Below are positions 1 through 9,057 of a DNA stretch of 36,323 nucleotides, in pieces. Each line of letters opens with the position of its first letter. Position 1 is the stretch's first letter. The notes under the pieces were generated by a model, which saw only the letters and a program-made list of their open reading frames with translations, was not told the origin of the DNA and ran no database searches. Position numbers and translations under genes: made by a program. The DNA comes from a virus. The stretch is from positions 1 through 36,323 of the IMG/VR virus record IMGVR_UViG_3300038317_000069, one strand, 5' to 3'.

Positions 1-99
1 AGAGAATTACAAGCTAAGCTGAAAGTATTAGATTTAGAAACAACAGATGCTGAAAAAGAAATACAAGACCAAATAGATGCTATTAATAATAAGACTAAG
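1..99. repeat. Terminal overlap copy 1, identical to 36225..36323
   Basis: Direct comparison: agagaattacaagctaagctgaaagtatt...aataataagactaag occurs at both ends (99 nt). Confidence 0.97.
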
Positions 100-1110
100 C
101 AGGAAGAAAAAGAGTTAAAGGAACAAGAGTACCAAAATAAAATTACAGCTAAAGAAAAAGAATTATCAGAAGCTAAAAGTGCAGAAGAGAGATCAAAAAT
201 ACAAGCTGAACTTAATCAAATGAAAGCAGAAAATGAAAGAGAACATCTGTTAGAGCATAGACAAATGCAGATTGCAGCATTGCAAGACGAAATGGATAGA
301 ATAAGGCAACAATCAGCAGATAAAAGAAATGAATTGCAATTAGAATATGAAGAGAAGAAAAAGAACGAAGAAAATAAGTCAGCGGTAGTAATAGCTAATT
401 TAGAAAATGAAATGGAAACTACTAAAGAGCATTATGCAACATTATTAGAAGAAGAAAGGTTACAAGCGACAGCAAGAACAATTATACTGGATGAAAATAA
501 TAAGGAAATGATAGAGTTGCTAGGTAGCTATAACCCTTATTGGCAAGATGCAGGGCAGTCATTTGGAGAAAGTTTGTTGTGTGGGTTAAATAGCATGAAG
601 CAACCTATTCAAGAAGCAGTTGATGATATTTTGTCTTTAGTTGGAAAGGCAGGGAGAGCAGCTGCAAATATAGAAGCACAAAATGCAATAATTGTTCAAT
701 CCAAAAGAGATTGGGAGAAAGCATATGAAACAGGGAATAAAGCAGCTATGGACAAAGCCCATGAAACCGCAGAAGGAGCAAGGAAAAATGGTGGAACTAT
801 TAAAGCGACTGACCCATTAGAGAAAAAACATAGATCCAGTAAATATGACACATTACCCAAAAATGCACAAGGCACTAATTATTTTAGCGGTGGATGGACT
901 TGGGTAGGAGAACAAGGGCCAGAGTTAATAGAACTTCCTAAAGCTAGTAAAGTATATAGCAATCAAAAATCAATGGATATGGCAAAAGGTTCAAACGGAG
1001 GTATAACTCAAAATATTACCATTAATTCGCCTACACCATTGACTCCTAGTGAAATAGCAAGGAAGAACCTTCAGGCATCAAGACAATTAGCTATGGAATG
1101 GGGGTTGTGA
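1..1110 (+). CDS. Tail tape measure protein, C-terminal part (continues from 33372..36323 across the circular junction)
   Basis: Frame 1 is open from base 1 (RELQAKLKVLDLETTD...) and is continuous with the frame at 36225. E/K-rich coiled coil, then GGWTWVGEQGPELIELP near the C-terminus; stop at 1108-1110. Track ORF 220..1110 is only the part after an internal Met. Confidence 0.9.
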   Translation, partial: RELQAKLKVLDLETTDAEKEIQDQIDAINNKTKQEEKELKEQEYQNKITAKEKELSEAKSAEERSKIQAELNQMKAENEREHLLEHRQMQIAALQDEMDRIRQQSADKRNELQLEYEEKKKNEENKSAVVIANLENEMETTKEHYATLLEEERLQATARTIILDENNKEMIELLGSYNPYWQDAGQSFGESLLCGLNSMKQPIQEAVDDILSLVGKAGRAAANIEAQNAIIVQSKRDWEKAYETGNKAAMDKAHETAEGARKNGGTIKATDPLEKKHRSSKYDTLPKNAQGTNYFSGGWTWVGEQGPELIELPKASKVYSNQKSMDMAKGSNGGITQNITINSPTPLTPSEIARKNLQASRQLAMEWGL

Positions 1111-1111
1111 T

Positions 1112-1981
1112 ATGGAGAAGGTAACGTTTATAAATAGTATGGGTCAATCAATTCAACTAGGGAATGAAGAACCTTTTATTTTAACTAAAATTGAAGGAAC
1201 TGGAGCGGCTAGTACAAATATTCAAACTCAAAAATCCCCATTTCAAGATGGTGAAACTTATATAGATAATTTGTTAGAACCAAGAAGCATATCAATTGAG
1301 ATAATTGTCTTAGCAAATGATAGCAAGGAAATGATAAAGAACAGGAGAAAATTATTGCAAGTTCTTAATCCTAAACTAGGGGAGGGCAAATTAGTTTATG
1401 ATTATGGCGATATCAAAAGAGAAATAAAAGCTATATCAGAAAATGCGCCGGTATTTCCTGATGATGGGGATTTTAAAGATACTATGCAACCTGCTCTAAT
1501 TCAACTATATTGTTCTAATCCATTTTGGTTAGATACTTTCACAGAGTCGCAAGAGTTAGCTGACTGGGTAGGAGGTTTGATGTTTCCCTTACAGCTTCCT
1601 ATGATGTTTGCTGGGAGAAGTTCAAGGCAACATACAATAATTCATAATGCAGGTGATGTAGAAACACCAATAGTTTTCGAATTCTTAGGCGCTGCGACAA
1701 ACCCAAGAATCACTAAAATTGATACGGGGGAATATATACAAGTCAATAGAACAATTAAAAATAATGAAAGATTAATTATTACTACTGAATTTGGAAATAA
1801 AAAAGTAATTTTAAAAAACATAGATACAGGAGAAGAAACAAACGCTTTTGGGTGGATAGACTTAGGTAGTACTTTCTTTCAATTAATAGTAGGAGATAAT
1901 TTGATATCCTATAGTGCAGATGCAGGGCAGGAAACAGCTAAAGTATGGATTAAATGGCGGAATAGATATGTGGGGGTGTAG
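1112..1981 (+). CDS. Distal tail protein (Dit, siphovirus tail component family)
   Basis: Lies immediately after the TMP. N-terminus VTFINSMGQSIQLGNEEPFILTKIEGTG and size (289 aa) are typical of Sipho_tail/Dit proteins. Confidence 0.8.
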   Translation: MEKVTFINSMGQSIQLGNEEPFILTKIEGTGAASTNIQTQKSPFQDGETYIDNLLEPRSISIEIIVLANDSKEMIKNRRKLLQVLNPKLGEGKLVYDYGDIKREIKAISENAPVFPDDGDFKDTMQPALIQLYCSNPFWLDTFTESQELADWVGGLMFPLQLPMMFAGRSSRQHTIIHNAGDVETPIVFEFLGAATNPRITKIDTGEYIQVNRTIKNNERLIITTEFGNKKVILKNIDTGEETNAFGWIDLGSTFFQLIVGDNLISYSADAGQETAKVWIKWRNRYVGV

Positions 1982-1984
1982 TAT

Positions 1985-3631
1985 TTGAAGCCTATTAGAA
2001 TTATAGATAAAGATTTTATTTTATTAAGCGAAATAGATGATTATGAAAGCCTAATATGGGCTAGAAAATGGCATAGACCAGGGGAGTTTGAATTACATAT
2101 AAATATAAATAAGCAAAATACTCACACTTTGCAAAAAGAAAACATTGTACTATTTGGTGATAAAGCAGGAGTAATAAGGCATAGAGAAATAGTAATTGAT
2201 GAAAGTGGCAAGGGCGGAGAAACTTTACTTATCAAAGGTTCCTCGCTTTCTTCTTTAGTAGGTAGGAGAATAACATTGCCACCAATAGGCAATGCCTATG
2301 ATGCAGTAAATGGGAATGCAGAAACTGTATTAAAGCATTATGTAGATGTGAATTGTGTTAATCCAGCAGATGCAAACAGAAAAATACCTAATTTAATTAT
2401 TGCGCCTAACTCGAATAGGGGTATTAATTTAAAATACCAAAGTAGGCTAAAGCAGTTAAATGAAGAATTAGAAAAAATATCAATGATAAGTGGATTAGGT
2501 TGGGATATTTCGATAGACATTGAAAATAAGAAGTTTGTGTTTGATGTAATGGAAGGCAATGATTTAACAACTAACCAGACTGAGAATAATCCTGTAATAT
2601 TTAGTATAGATTTTGACAATATAAAAGGACAAACATATATAGATAGTGATTTGAATTATCGTAACCAAGCCTATGTAGGTGGACAAGGCGAAGGGGTAGA
2701 CAGGAGTATAGTAGAAATAGGGAATAACCTACAAGGGTTAGATAGGCATGAGGTATTCATAGATGCAAGGGACATAGAAAATGAATTAGATTTGCCAACC
2801 AGAGGACAGCAAAAGTTATTGGAAATGGCAAGGCTGCAATCCTTTGAAAGTGAAATTTTGAATAAAGGTACATTTGAGTATGAGAAGGATTGGAATTTAG
2901 GAGATATAGTTACAGTTGTAAATCCTAAATGGGGAATTACAATGGAAACTAGGGTAATAGAAGTAAGGGAAATATATGAACCTAGTGGCTTTAAATTAGA
3001 AGCTGCATTTGGTAATACAATTCCTACCTTAATAGATAAGATAAAGAAAGAAATAGATATGCCACTCATTGAGAATAAAACTAAGTTATCGCAACTTGAA
3101 AATGATGGCGGGTATATTAAAAGTGAAGAAGTAGTAAATATTGTAGATGGTATTGAAATTGGTGGAAGAAATTATTTAGTGAATTCAAGTTTAAAAACTA
3201 ATAGCGGACCATTTAAGCCTAATCAAAATGTAACATTGTCAAATCCTAATGGAGAATATCTAAAAGTTTATTCTAATCAAAGTTCTAGTACACCTGGGAT
3301 TATTATAAGGAATTTTGCGATTGAGGATGCCGAGTATACCGTATCTTTTGACGTGAGAGGATTTGGCGGAGTTAAAACAGTTGGTGTTTGTTTATTAGGT
3401 CTTGTTAAAGAAGTGAATGTTACAGAAGAATTTCAAAGAAAATTTGTTACACTTCGACCAAGTTTTACTCAGGATTGGTTTTTAATTTATTGGTCAAATA
3501 AAGCTGTTGGTGAAGGGTTTGAAATAAAAAATATTAAATTGGAAAAAGGTAATAAACCTACAGATTGGACTCCAGCATTGGAGGATATAGTTTTGAGAAT
3601 TGAGGCTATAGAACAACAATTGGGTATTTAA
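1985..3631 (+). CDS. Tail tip protein, Gp37-like N-terminal domain plus C-terminal carbohydrate-binding-like module (candidate receptor-binding protein)
   Basis: TTG start. N-terminus IRIIDKDFILLSEIDDYESLIWARKWHRPGEFELHI resembles siphovirus Gp37-like proteins. C-terminus ends KLEKGNKPTDWTPALEDI, a motif common at the end of Gram-positive phage fibre/CBM domains. Position is after Dit. Confidence 0.7.
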   Translation: MKPIRIIDKDFILLSEIDDYESLIWARKWHRPGEFELHININKQNTHTLQKENIVLFGDKAGVIRHREIVIDESGKGGETLLIKGSSLSSLVGRRITLPPIGNAYDAVNGNAETVLKHYVDVNCVNPADANRKIPNLIIAPNSNRGINLKYQSRLKQLNEELEKISMISGLGWDISIDIENKKFVFDVMEGNDLTTNQTENNPVIFSIDFDNIKGQTYIDSDLNYRNQAYVGGQGEGVDRSIVEIGNNLQGLDRHEVFIDARDIENELDLPTRGQQKLLEMARLQSFESEILNKGTFEYEKDWNLGDIVTVVNPKWGITMETRVIEVREIYEPSGFKLEAAFGNTIPTLIDKIKKEIDMPLIENKTKLSQLENDGGYIKSEEVVNIVDGIEIGGRNYLVNSSLKTNSGPFKPNQNVTLSNPNGEYLKVYSNQSSSTPGIIIRNFAIEDAEYTVSFDVRGFGGVKTVGVCLLGLVKEVNVTEEFQRKFVTLRPSFTQDWFLIYWSNKAVGEGFEIKNIKLEKGNKPTDWTPALEDIVLRIEAIEQQLGI

Positions 3632-3645
3632 AGGAAGGTGATAAA

Positions 3646-4566
3646 GTGGCTGAGTATTCGAGATTTTTTGACCATATTGATGGGGATAGAAGTTATAACG
3701 CAGATGATTTTGCAGAATATTTTAGGCAAGTATTGACAAATGGAATATTAAATGGTGGAGAAAATTTGCAAGTTTATGTAAATGGCACTGACAGAATAGC
3801 CAGAATAAAACCGGGGAAGGCTTGGCTAGAAGGGTACTTTTATAAATTGACTGATGAATTACAATTGCCTTTGGAAGAAGCTCATGGCACATATGATAGA
3901 ATTGATAGAATTGTAATAGGGCTAAATACTAATACAGATGTTAGGAGTATAAAAGCATATGTAAAAACAGGTCTGCCAGCTTTTACACCAGTAGCTCCGG
4001 AAATAACGAGAGAAGAGAAAATATATGAAATTTCATTAGCGCAAATACTGGTAGTACACAATACAACGGCAGTGCCAATAGGAAATGTTACAGATGAAAG
4101 ATTAGATCCTAATGTGTGTGGTTTGGTAAATTCTCTTATACAGGTAGATACAGCAACTATGCAAGCTGAATTTGAAACTTTTATGGATACTTTAGCAGGA
4201 CAATCCTATGTAAGCCGAACTGAGTTTATTGAACACCAGGATGATACTACAACGCATATGACACCTGATGAAAAAAGTAAATTAGAAGGGATAGCAGATG
4301 GTGCACAAGTAAATACTGTAACAAGTGTAAATAGCAAAACAGGAGCGGTAAAATTAACACCTTCTGATGTGGGAGCGGCAACATCGGCACAAGGTACTTT
4401 GGCAAACAATGCATTGCCTAAAGCGGGTGGTACTATGACAGGTATATTAATAGTTCAGTCAAACACCTCATATACGACACGACAAGTACACAACATTATA
4501 CTATCTACAGCAGATGCAGATGTAAATGCTATGCAAAATGGCGACATATGGATTAAATACAAATAG
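3646..4566 (+). CDS. Putative tail fibre / baseplate-associated structural protein
   Basis: GTG start after AAGGAAGGTGA. Placed in the tail-tip module; N-terminus SRFFDHIDGDRSYNADDFAEYF is seen in prophage fibre-module proteins. Function inferred from position. Confidence 0.5.
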   Translation: MAEYSRFFDHIDGDRSYNADDFAEYFRQVLTNGILNGGENLQVYVNGTDRIARIKPGKAWLEGYFYKLTDELQLPLEEAHGTYDRIDRIVIGLNTNTDVRSIKAYVKTGLPAFTPVAPEITREEKIYEISLAQILVVHNTTAVPIGNVTDERLDPNVCGLVNSLIQVDTATMQAEFETFMDTLAGQSYVSRTEFIEHQDDTTTHMTPDEKSKLEGIADGAQVNTVTSVNSKTGAVKLTPSDVGAATSAQGTLANNALPKAGGTMTGILIVQSNTSYTTRQVHNIILSTADADVNAMQNGDIWIKYK

Positions 4567-4581
4567 GAGGTGGTGGTATAA

Positions 4582-5139
4582 ATGGCTGAATATTATGATG
4601 AAATTACTGAATATAAAGAAGATGACTATATACTGCCAGCAAGTGGAACGAGTTTTGGTACTGAGGATATTTGTATGGCAATGCTTAGGGATAATGATAC
4701 TAGCATATTATTTGGCGCAGTTAAATTTTCTATACAAGATAGTGAGCCAAAATCAGGGTGGAACTGGTATTATGACAGAGAGTTATATGTGTGGCATTTA
4801 AAACCAAGTGTAACTTATGCTGTAGTATTTGGAAATACGAGGTGTGTGAATGGAACTAAATTTTTTAAATTTATGAATGTAAACAATAAAATAGTTATTC
4901 TCCAACCACTACCTGAAGCTGTGTACAGAGGGGAAGTAAAAGTAGCTTATTATCCTCCAAGTGGGGACACTAATAAATATTACTTTCATTTATATGAAGA
5001 TTGGACACCACCTAATATGGTTCCCAAAATAGATGGAATTGTAAAAACATATGCTGATGGTCGTACAAAAATAGATGGTGCATTAAGGCAAGTAGATAAA
5101 GTTTGGACTAAAGTTAATGGTGTTTTAAGGGAGGTGTAA
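4582..5139 (+). CDS. Hypothetical protein of the tail fibre module
   Basis: 185-aa ORF preceded by RBS AGGAGGTGGTGG. No recognisable motif. Confidence 0.6.
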   Translation: MAEYYDEITEYKEDDYILPASGTSFGTEDICMAMLRDNDTSILFGAVKFSIQDSEPKSGWNWYYDRELYVWHLKPSVTYAVVFGNTRCVNGTKFFKFMNVNNKIVILQPLPEAVYRGEVKVAYYPPSGDTNKYYFHLYEDWTPPNMVPKIDGIVKTYADGRTKIDGALRQVDKVWTKVNGVLREV

Positions 5140-5142
5140 TTT

Positions 5143-5718
5143 GTGAAAATAATTAAGTATGAAATAAATAAAAATATCCTTACAGTAGGCTTTAACGAAG
5201 ATAATTTTGTAGTATATTCTTCTATTGCTTATGACCCTAATAAAACTAAACAAGAGCTTTTACAGCAAGCATATATTCAATGCAAAGATGCTATAGAATA
5301 CGAAAAAACGCAAGACGAACCTTCTATACTATGGAATAGTGGAGGAGATGAAGAATATGAAGAATATGAAGAATTTACTCCTGAAGAACCAAAGGCAAAT
5401 AAATTAGTAGTAGATTTCAATAACTTAACAGGAGAAGTGCTAGACCAATACTGCGAATTATATTCTACAGAAGTAACTTTTTATATAGAAGGTACTGACA
5501 AAGCGAAAATAGAAAATAATACAGTTGTTGAAAGTGAGGTAGAAACAGATACCGAATATTTTATTGCTGCTAAATATAATGAGTTAGTAGAAAAACAAAA
5601 GAGAATTATTTATGCGCCAATAATAGTTGATGAACCCGTAGATGATGAAAAAATAGCTATGGCAGAGGCTATTGTTGATTTGAATAACAGAATACAAAAA
5701 TTAGAGGGGGTAAAATAA
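5143..5718 (+). CDS. Hypothetical protein of the tail fibre module (acidic, C-terminal coiled coil)
   Basis: GTG start after GGGAGGTG. 191 aa with an EEYEEYEE acidic tract. Confidence 0.55.
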   Translation: MKIIKYEINKNILTVGFNEDNFVVYSSIAYDPNKTKQELLQQAYIQCKDAIEYEKTQDEPSILWNSGGDEEYEEYEEFTPEEPKANKLVVDFNNLTGEVLDQYCELYSTEVTFYIEGTDKAKIENNTVVESEVETDTEYFIAAKYNELVEKQKRIIYAPIIVDEPVDDEKIAMAEAIVDLNNRIQKLEGVK

Positions 5719-5720
5719 TT

Positions 5721-5870
5721 ATGGAATTAAAAAGATATTTGATAGTTAGCTATGGAATACTTGTTAAGGCTGGAAGATGGAACTTAGAACCAGTAGAAGG
5801 AGAAGCAAAGCCCATTGTTCCTGAAAACTATACTATAGCAGTTGCAGAATATTTAGCAGCACAGAATTAA
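5721..5870 (+). CDS. Small XkdX-like protein (49 aa), absent from the ORF track
   Basis: ATG 5721 after GAGGGGG; translation MELKRYLIVSYGILVKAGRWNLEPVEGEAKPIVPENYTIAVAEYLAAQN; TAA at 5868-5870. Size and position just before the lysis genes match XkdX-type genes of PBSX-like elements. Confidence 0.5.
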   Translation: MELKRYLIVSYGILVKAGRWNLEPVEGEAKPIVPENYTIAVAEYLAAQN

Positions 5871-5892
5871 CACCTGGGAGGGTGTATTTTTT

Positions 5893-6171
5893 ATGCCCTC
5901 CTGGAATATACGGAGGTGGACCATGGAAGACATTTGTATGGAAAAACATAAAAGGATAGACGAAAGATTAGATACGCAAGACAAAAGATTGAACAATCAT
6001 TCAGAGAGGATTGATGCACTAGAACAGCATAGGTCCAAGACTGAAACAGAAATAAAAAATCTAATTGAACAAATTAAATCTCTTGTAACAACTATGCGTT
6101 GGTTTATGGGGCTTATTGTAGGTAGTGGAATAGGGTTCTTTATTTGGTATATTCAAACTTTGGGGAGGTAA
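5893..6171 (+). CDS. XhlA-like lysis-associated membrane protein
   Basis: Coiled coil (RIDERLDTQDKRLNNHSERIDALEQH) followed by one C-terminal TM segment (WFMGLIVGSGIGFFIWYI). Sits directly upstream of the endolysin. The true start may be ATG 5923 or 5938. Confidence 0.6.
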   Translation: MPSWNIRRWTMEDICMEKHKRIDERLDTQDKRLNNHSERIDALEQHRSKTETEIKNLIEQIKSLVTTMRWFMGLIVGSGIGFFIWYIQTLGR

Positions 6172-6175
6172 TAAA

Positions 6176-6946
6176 ATGATTATTGATATATCGCATCATC
6201 AGGACCCGTCAAAAATGAACTATGACAAGTTAGCAAAGCAAGTGGATTTGGTGATTATTAGAACTCAATATGGTAGTAAAATGTTAGACAGGCACTATAA
6301 GATCCATAACAGGGAATTTCAAAAGAGAGGTATCCCTACTGCTTGTTATGCTTGGATTAGGGGTGTTTCTATTGCAGACATGAAAAAGGAAGCGACTGAT
6401 TTCTACAATAGGACAAAAGAATTCAACCCATGCTTCTGGTTCCTGGATGTAGAGGAGAAATCTATGTCTGACATGAGAAGTGGAATATCTGCTTATGTAG
6501 CTCAATTAAGAAAGTTAGGAGCTAAGAAAGTTGGTATCTATATAGCTCATCATCTCTACAAAGATTTTAATTTAAACTTAAATGAGGCTGACGCGATTTG
6601 GATTCCTCACTATGGTAAGAATGATGGTACAATTAATAGCAAACCTCAATTCTCCTGTGATATACACCAGTTTACAAGTGTAGGAAGGTTAGATGGCTAC
6701 AATGGAAATTTGGATCTAAATAGGCTAATGGGAACTAAACCGCTTGAATTTTTCACAGGGAAAGAGAATACTACATCAAAAGAGGAAGATAAGGAGAAAG
6801 TGAAGGTTGATATACCAAGCTCATGGGCTAAGGAGTATTGGGATTGGTGTGTAGAAAAAGGATATCTTGATGGAAGTAGACCATTGGAACCTATAACCAG
6901 AGAGGAATTAGCAACTGTGCTATATAGATTAAAGGAGGATAAATAA
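6176..6946 (+). CDS. Endolysin: GH25 muramidase domain plus a single SLH-like cell-wall-binding repeat
   Basis: N-terminus IIDISHHQ...VDLVIIRTQYG matches the GH25 DxSxxQ signature. C-terminus PSSWAKEYWDWCVEKGYLDGSRPLEPITREELATVLYRL resembles an SLH repeat. Confidence 0.85.
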   Translation: MIIDISHHQDPSKMNYDKLAKQVDLVIIRTQYGSKMLDRHYKIHNREFQKRGIPTACYAWIRGVSIADMKKEATDFYNRTKEFNPCFWFLDVEEKSMSDMRSGISAYVAQLRKLGAKKVGIYIAHHLYKDFNLNLNEADAIWIPHYGKNDGTINSKPQFSCDIHQFTSVGRLDGYNGNLDLNRLMGTKPLEFFTGKENTTSKEEDKEKVKVDIPSSWAKEYWDWCVEKGYLDGSRPLEPITREELATVLYRLKEDK

Positions 6947-6947
6947 T

Positions 6948-7247
6948 ATGACAGGTGAACAAATATTATCTTTTATATTACCAGAGATATTAATTTTAAT
7001 TCCAGTTTTAATTATTATTGGTATGATGTTAAAGAAAATTGAAAACATAAAAGATTGGACTATACCTATTATTCTTGGAGTGATAGGTATTTTATTTGCC
7101 ATAATGATTTTAGGATTCAAGGAGGGCTTTAGTGGTCCTATAATTTTAAATGGAATCCTACAAGGAATTCTAGCAGCAGGAATGGCAGTGTATGTGCATC
7201 AATTGGTTATACAATCTACAAGGAAGAGGAAAGAGGACCGGGCTTAG
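6948..7247 (+). CDS. Holin (three TM segments, basic C-terminus)
   Basis: 99 aa with three hydrophobic helices and a QSTRKRKEDRA tail. Adjacent to the endolysin. Confidence 0.8.
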   Translation: MTGEQILSFILPEILILIPVLIIIGMMLKKIENIKDWTIPIILGVIGILFAIMILGFKEGFSGPIILNGILQGILAAGMAVYVHQLVIQSTRKRKEDRA

Positions 7248-7270
7248 GCTTGGTCTTTTTTGGTTTTTTG
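7236..7270 (+). terminator. Rho-independent terminator closing the late/lysis operon
   Basis: GACCGGGC (7236-7243) / GCTTGGTC (7248-7255): an 8-bp stem with two G-T pairs and loop TTAG, followed by TTTTTTGGTTTTTT. Confidence 0.75.
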
Positions 7271-7357
7271 GCAATGAATTTTGAGGTTGTCTAACTTGCA
7301 TAAAATTGGATTGGTAAAAATAGCACTGAATAGAATTGATTATATAGGAATTCTCCC

Positions 7358-7386
7358 TTTACACAGAACATAAGTTCTATTATAAT
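7358..7386 (+). promoter_or_regulatory. Sigma-70-type promoter of the accessory gene 7409..7651
   Basis: TTTACA (7358-7363), 17-nt spacer, TATAAT (7381-7386). The spacer contains the palindrome AGAAC-ATAA-GTTCT. Confidence 0.6.
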
Positions 7387-7408
7387 GAAGAAGAGGGGGA
7401 AATTTTGT

Positions 7409-7651
7409 ATGAGCGAAAGAGAATTAATTGAAATTAAAATTAAAAACAAAGTTCCATTAAAAATAGATGAGATATCTCAATATTTAAATATAGAAGAAAG
7501 ATTAGTAAAAAATATATTTGTTATGTATGAAGCTTTTGGGAGGAAATCAGTTGAAAGTATTACCTTATCGGGCAAAGAAATAGATTATATTATTAGCCTA
7601 AGGTACCCAAATGTTATAAGAATACATAAAGAGTTACGGAATAATTTATGA
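7409..7651 (+). CDS. Hypothetical small protein (80 aa) in a stand-alone cassette between lysis genes and the integrase
   Basis: ATG 7409 after AGAGGGGGA. The track start 7385 overlaps the -10 box. A possible HTH-like stretch is IDEISQYLNIEERLVKNI. It has its own terminator. Confidence 0.6.
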   Translation: MSERELIEIKIKNKVPLKIDEISQYLNIEERLVKNIFVMYEAFGRKSVESITLSGKEIDYIISLRYPNVIRIHKELRNNL

Positions 7652-7652
7652 T

Positions 7653-7682
7653 GACTAGGATTAAGTTTCTAGTCTTTTTTAT
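7653..7682 (+). terminator. Rho-independent terminator of the 7409..7651 cassette
   Basis: GACTAGGA (7653-7660) / TTCTAGTC (7667-7674) stem, then TTTTTTA. Confidence 0.75.
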
Positions 7683-7731
7683 TTCTGTATAAAAATTATA
7701 AGAACATAGTTAATAATCTATTATATAGCAC

Positions 7732-7766
7732 AAAAATAAGGACTATCGTTACGTCCTTATTTTTTA
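7732..7766. terminator. Bidirectional hairpin terminator (A-run / stem / T-run)
   Basis: AATAAGGAC (7735-7743) / GTCCTTATT (7753-7761), flanked by AAAAA and TTTTT. It could terminate minus-strand int transcription as well as + strand read-through. Confidence 0.6.
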
Positions 7767-7769
7767 TTC

Positions 7770-8026
7770 CTAGCAAAACTATAAGTTTGTGCGAATAGTA
7801 GTGGCGCCGAGGGGGGACCTTTGGTGGTATTTTTTATTTTACAAGAAACTAGGCTTGTAATTGGTTTGTATGAGGTTTTTATATAGGCATTGGTATGATT
7901 AGATATGTTAAAGATGAAAATGGTCATAAAATGCTATAATAAGAGAAAAAGTTGGTGGTAATAGGAGTAAAATATAAGACTCAATTAGTTGGTAACAAAA
8001 GTGGTAACATTTTGGTAACATTGAAA
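7770..8026. other. Candidate attP region
   Basis: Non-coding stretch immediately 3' of the integrase remnant. It contains a GC-rich island GTGGCGCCGAGGGGGGACCTTTGGTGG (about 7801-7827) in otherwise AT-rich DNA, plus direct repeats. The assignment is positional. Confidence 0.4.
7990..8020 (+). repeat. Three direct TGGTAACA repeats (candidate integrase arm-type sites)
   Basis: TGGTAACA at 7990-7997, 8002-8009 and 8013-8020 (spacing 12 and 11 nt). The related TGGTGGTA occurs near 7821 and 7955. Confidence 0.5.
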
Positions 8027-9057
8027 TTATTTTGAGTTGAAAATCATATTATCTAACTTGTCTGAAGTCTCCCTTTCCATGTCATCCAAGACATGAGAAT
8101 ATAAATCTAAAGTAGTAGAAATATTTGAATGACCCAATCGTTCACTTGCAATTTTAGCAGGTATATTTGATTTAAGCATAAGAGTTGCATTTGTATGCCT
8201 TAGGTCATGTAATCTTACATGTTTTAAATTATTCTTTTTTATAAAATCGCCAAAGGTTCGACTAAAAGTAGCAGGGTTGATTAGATCTCCCATTTCAGTT
8301 GTAAATATAAAATTGCTATCTTTATAATATTTGCCTATTTTAAGTTTATTCCCTTTTTGTTTTAGTTCTTGTTTCTTTAAAAGAGCAATAATATTATCTG
8401 ATATAGGGATTGCCCTTGTGCTTTCTTCAGTCTTAGGTTCTTTTAAAATTAATTCTGTACCATCATCTCCACCACGAACTAAATTTCTTTGTATAGATAT
8501 AGTTTTGTTTTTATAGTCTATATCTGACCATTTTAAGGCTAAAAGCTCCCCACGCCTTAATCCAAGGAATAGTATTATTGAAATAGGAACTTCCAGCCTG
8601 TCCCCTTCTAGTGCCTTAAGAAGTATTTTTATTTCATCTATATTTAATACTTCAGCTTTATACTTTTTGCCTTTGGAACTTCTACATGGTCAGCAGGATT
8701 AATTTTTATTAATTGCCACTCCTTAGCGTCCTGAAGAGCTTTTCTTAACATTCTATGATGATGTAGCACAGTTTGATTAGACAATGTTTGAAGTTTTAAA
8801 TTGTAGTATTTCTGTAAGTGCAAAGGTTTTAATTCTGCTAGTTTTATATTTCCTAGCTCTGGTATTATGTGGTTTTGCATCATGGATTTGTAACCATATA
8901 CTGTAGTGGGTGAAAGATTATGTTTTCTTTGTTCAATCCAATAGTTTAAATATTCACCTAATGTATCTGTGGAAGGTATTATAAAAGTGCCTTGCTCTAA
9001 CTCATAAAGTATTTTATTTAGGTCAGTTTGTGCCTCTTGCCATGTTGTTAATATTCT
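8027..9057 (-). pseudogene. int: Tyrosine recombinase (phage integrase) remnant: no canonical start, arm-binding domain missing, -1 frame break at an A5 run
   Basis: Three minus-strand pieces:
- 9057..8644 reads TWQEAQTDLNKILYELEQGTFIIPSTDTLGEYLNYWIEQRKHNLSPTTVYGYKSMMQNH...NPADHVEVPKAKS, then a stop.
- The frame 8689..8027 continues KKYKAEVLNIDEIKILLKALEGDRLEVPISIILFLGLRRGELLALKWSDID...
- That frame then reads HVRLHDLRHTNATLML...GHSNISTTLDLYSH, which gives the catalytic R, HxxR, H and Y.
The two frames join only if GCAAAAAGT (+ strand 8664-8672) had one more A. An in-frame TAA at 9060-9058 lies 10 nt inside the repressor gene. Confidence 0.85.

Noticed and set aside
1-99. The 99-nt terminal repeat as a biological direct terminal repeat or cos-flanking repeat
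   Set aside because: It sits in the middle of the tape measure coding sequence with the frame preserved. Its fixed length looks like an assembler overlap, so circular closure is the simpler reading.
2338-3069. Minus-strand ORFs 2338..2619 and 2671..3069 inside the Gp37-like tail gene
   Set aside because: They are antisense shadows of a well-supported + strand gene. They have no RBS, are Ser/Leu/Ile-rich and low in complexity, which is typical of reverse-frame translation of AT-rich coding DNA.
4526-4801. + strand ORF 4526..4801 overlapping two fibre-module genes out of frame
   Set aside because: It spans the 3646..4566 stop and the 4582 start, has no RBS, and its composition looks non-coding. 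The in-frame neighbours explain the region.
7385-7408. ATG 7385 as start of the 7385..7651 ORF
   Set aside because: It overlaps the TATAAT -10 box, so it would lie upstream of the transcript start. ATG 7409 follows AGAGGGGGA.
7795-7835. Possible tRNA or tRNA fragment on the minus strand (..GGTCCCCCCTCGGCGCCA)
   Set aside because: I could not build a T-arm (no TTCRAnn loop and no complementary 5-bp stem) or any cloverleaf. At most it is a short acceptor-like fragment, so it is kept only as an attP-core hypothesis.
8331-8516. + strand ORF 8331..8516
   Set aside because: It is antisense to the middle of the integrase reading frame, whose translation (LRRGELLALKWSDID...) is clearly genuine.
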